Assembly: GCF_964204645.1 (NCBI RefSeq)
Contig: NC_134026.1
Coordinates: forward strand, 16,216,150 to 16,280,149
Source of the DNA: Tubulanus polymorphus
Taxonomy: Eukaryota; Animalia; Nemertea
Reading direction: 5' to 3'
Length of the DNA: 64,000 nt
Under the pieces are notes generated by a model that did not search any database, had not been told where the DNA came from, and saw nothing but the letters and a program-made list of their open reading frames with translations. Positions 63,695-64,000 of this stretch are shown here, in pieces. How positions within the stretch are numbered: the first letter of the stretch is position 1; each line of letters opens with the position of its first letter. Position numbers and translations under genes: made by a program.

Positions 63695-64000
63695 CTAATA
63701 CATAACACTATTTAATTGAGAATTTACAATATTTAATTGCGCGTCAGATATAATGTAAATGTGCATTTTGAAATTTTTGATTCCTTTATTCTTTGTCATG
63801 AATAATTGTATTCCATCTTTAGTGTTCTGGAGTTTTTTTCCAGAACATTGTAATGAATTATCCTCTGTTGTTCTAAAATCTAACCATAATGCATATTTAT
63901 TACCGGTATAATAATCAATTTGATTAATATTACAATTTTCAGATGATTTTACTTTTTCATTCATAAAATGTTTTCTAATTTCTGGCCATTGATCTATCAT
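63695..64000 (-). CDS. Polinton/adintovirus major capsid protein C-terminus (runs off the window)
   Basis: YYTGNKYALWLDFRTTEDNSL..SG..L.NTKDGIQL...HIYIISDAQLNI resembles recalled Polinton/adintovirus MCP C-termini. The context (ATPase, integrase) supports this. Confidence 0.75.
   Translation of the reverse strand: MIDQWPEIRKHFMNEKVKSSENCNINQIDYYTGNKYALWLDFRTTEDNSLQCSGKKLQNTKDGIQLFMTKNKGIKNFKMHIYIISDAQLNIVNSQLNSVMY

Overview
This is eukaryotic, animal-like, AT-rich and repeat-dense DNA; the repeat types are typical of marine invertebrates (an inference). The only clear host gene is the 3' end of MAK16 (two exons, 5382-6381, +). The rest is mostly mobile DNA: a Copia RT/RNase H end with a probable LTR; a 5'-truncated Penelope element with inverted pseudo-LTRs, two hammerhead ribozymes and a 13-bp TSD; several decayed LINEs; Helentron-associated (HINE-like) elements with ~145-bp internal arrays; MITEs; and microsatellites. 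The right edge holds a Polinton/adintovirus-like segment (integrase C-terminus with chromodomain, A32-like packaging ATPase, an orphan zinc-finger ORF, capsid C-terminus). The most unusual objects are two related ~2-kb elements (21355-23385 and 59523-61533). Each has long inverted arms, ~120-130 bp terminal fold-back hairpins with AGT...ACT termini, and a conserved cassette of small unknown genes. One is fused directly to the Polinton integrase. All alignments were done by eye; no database searches were run.
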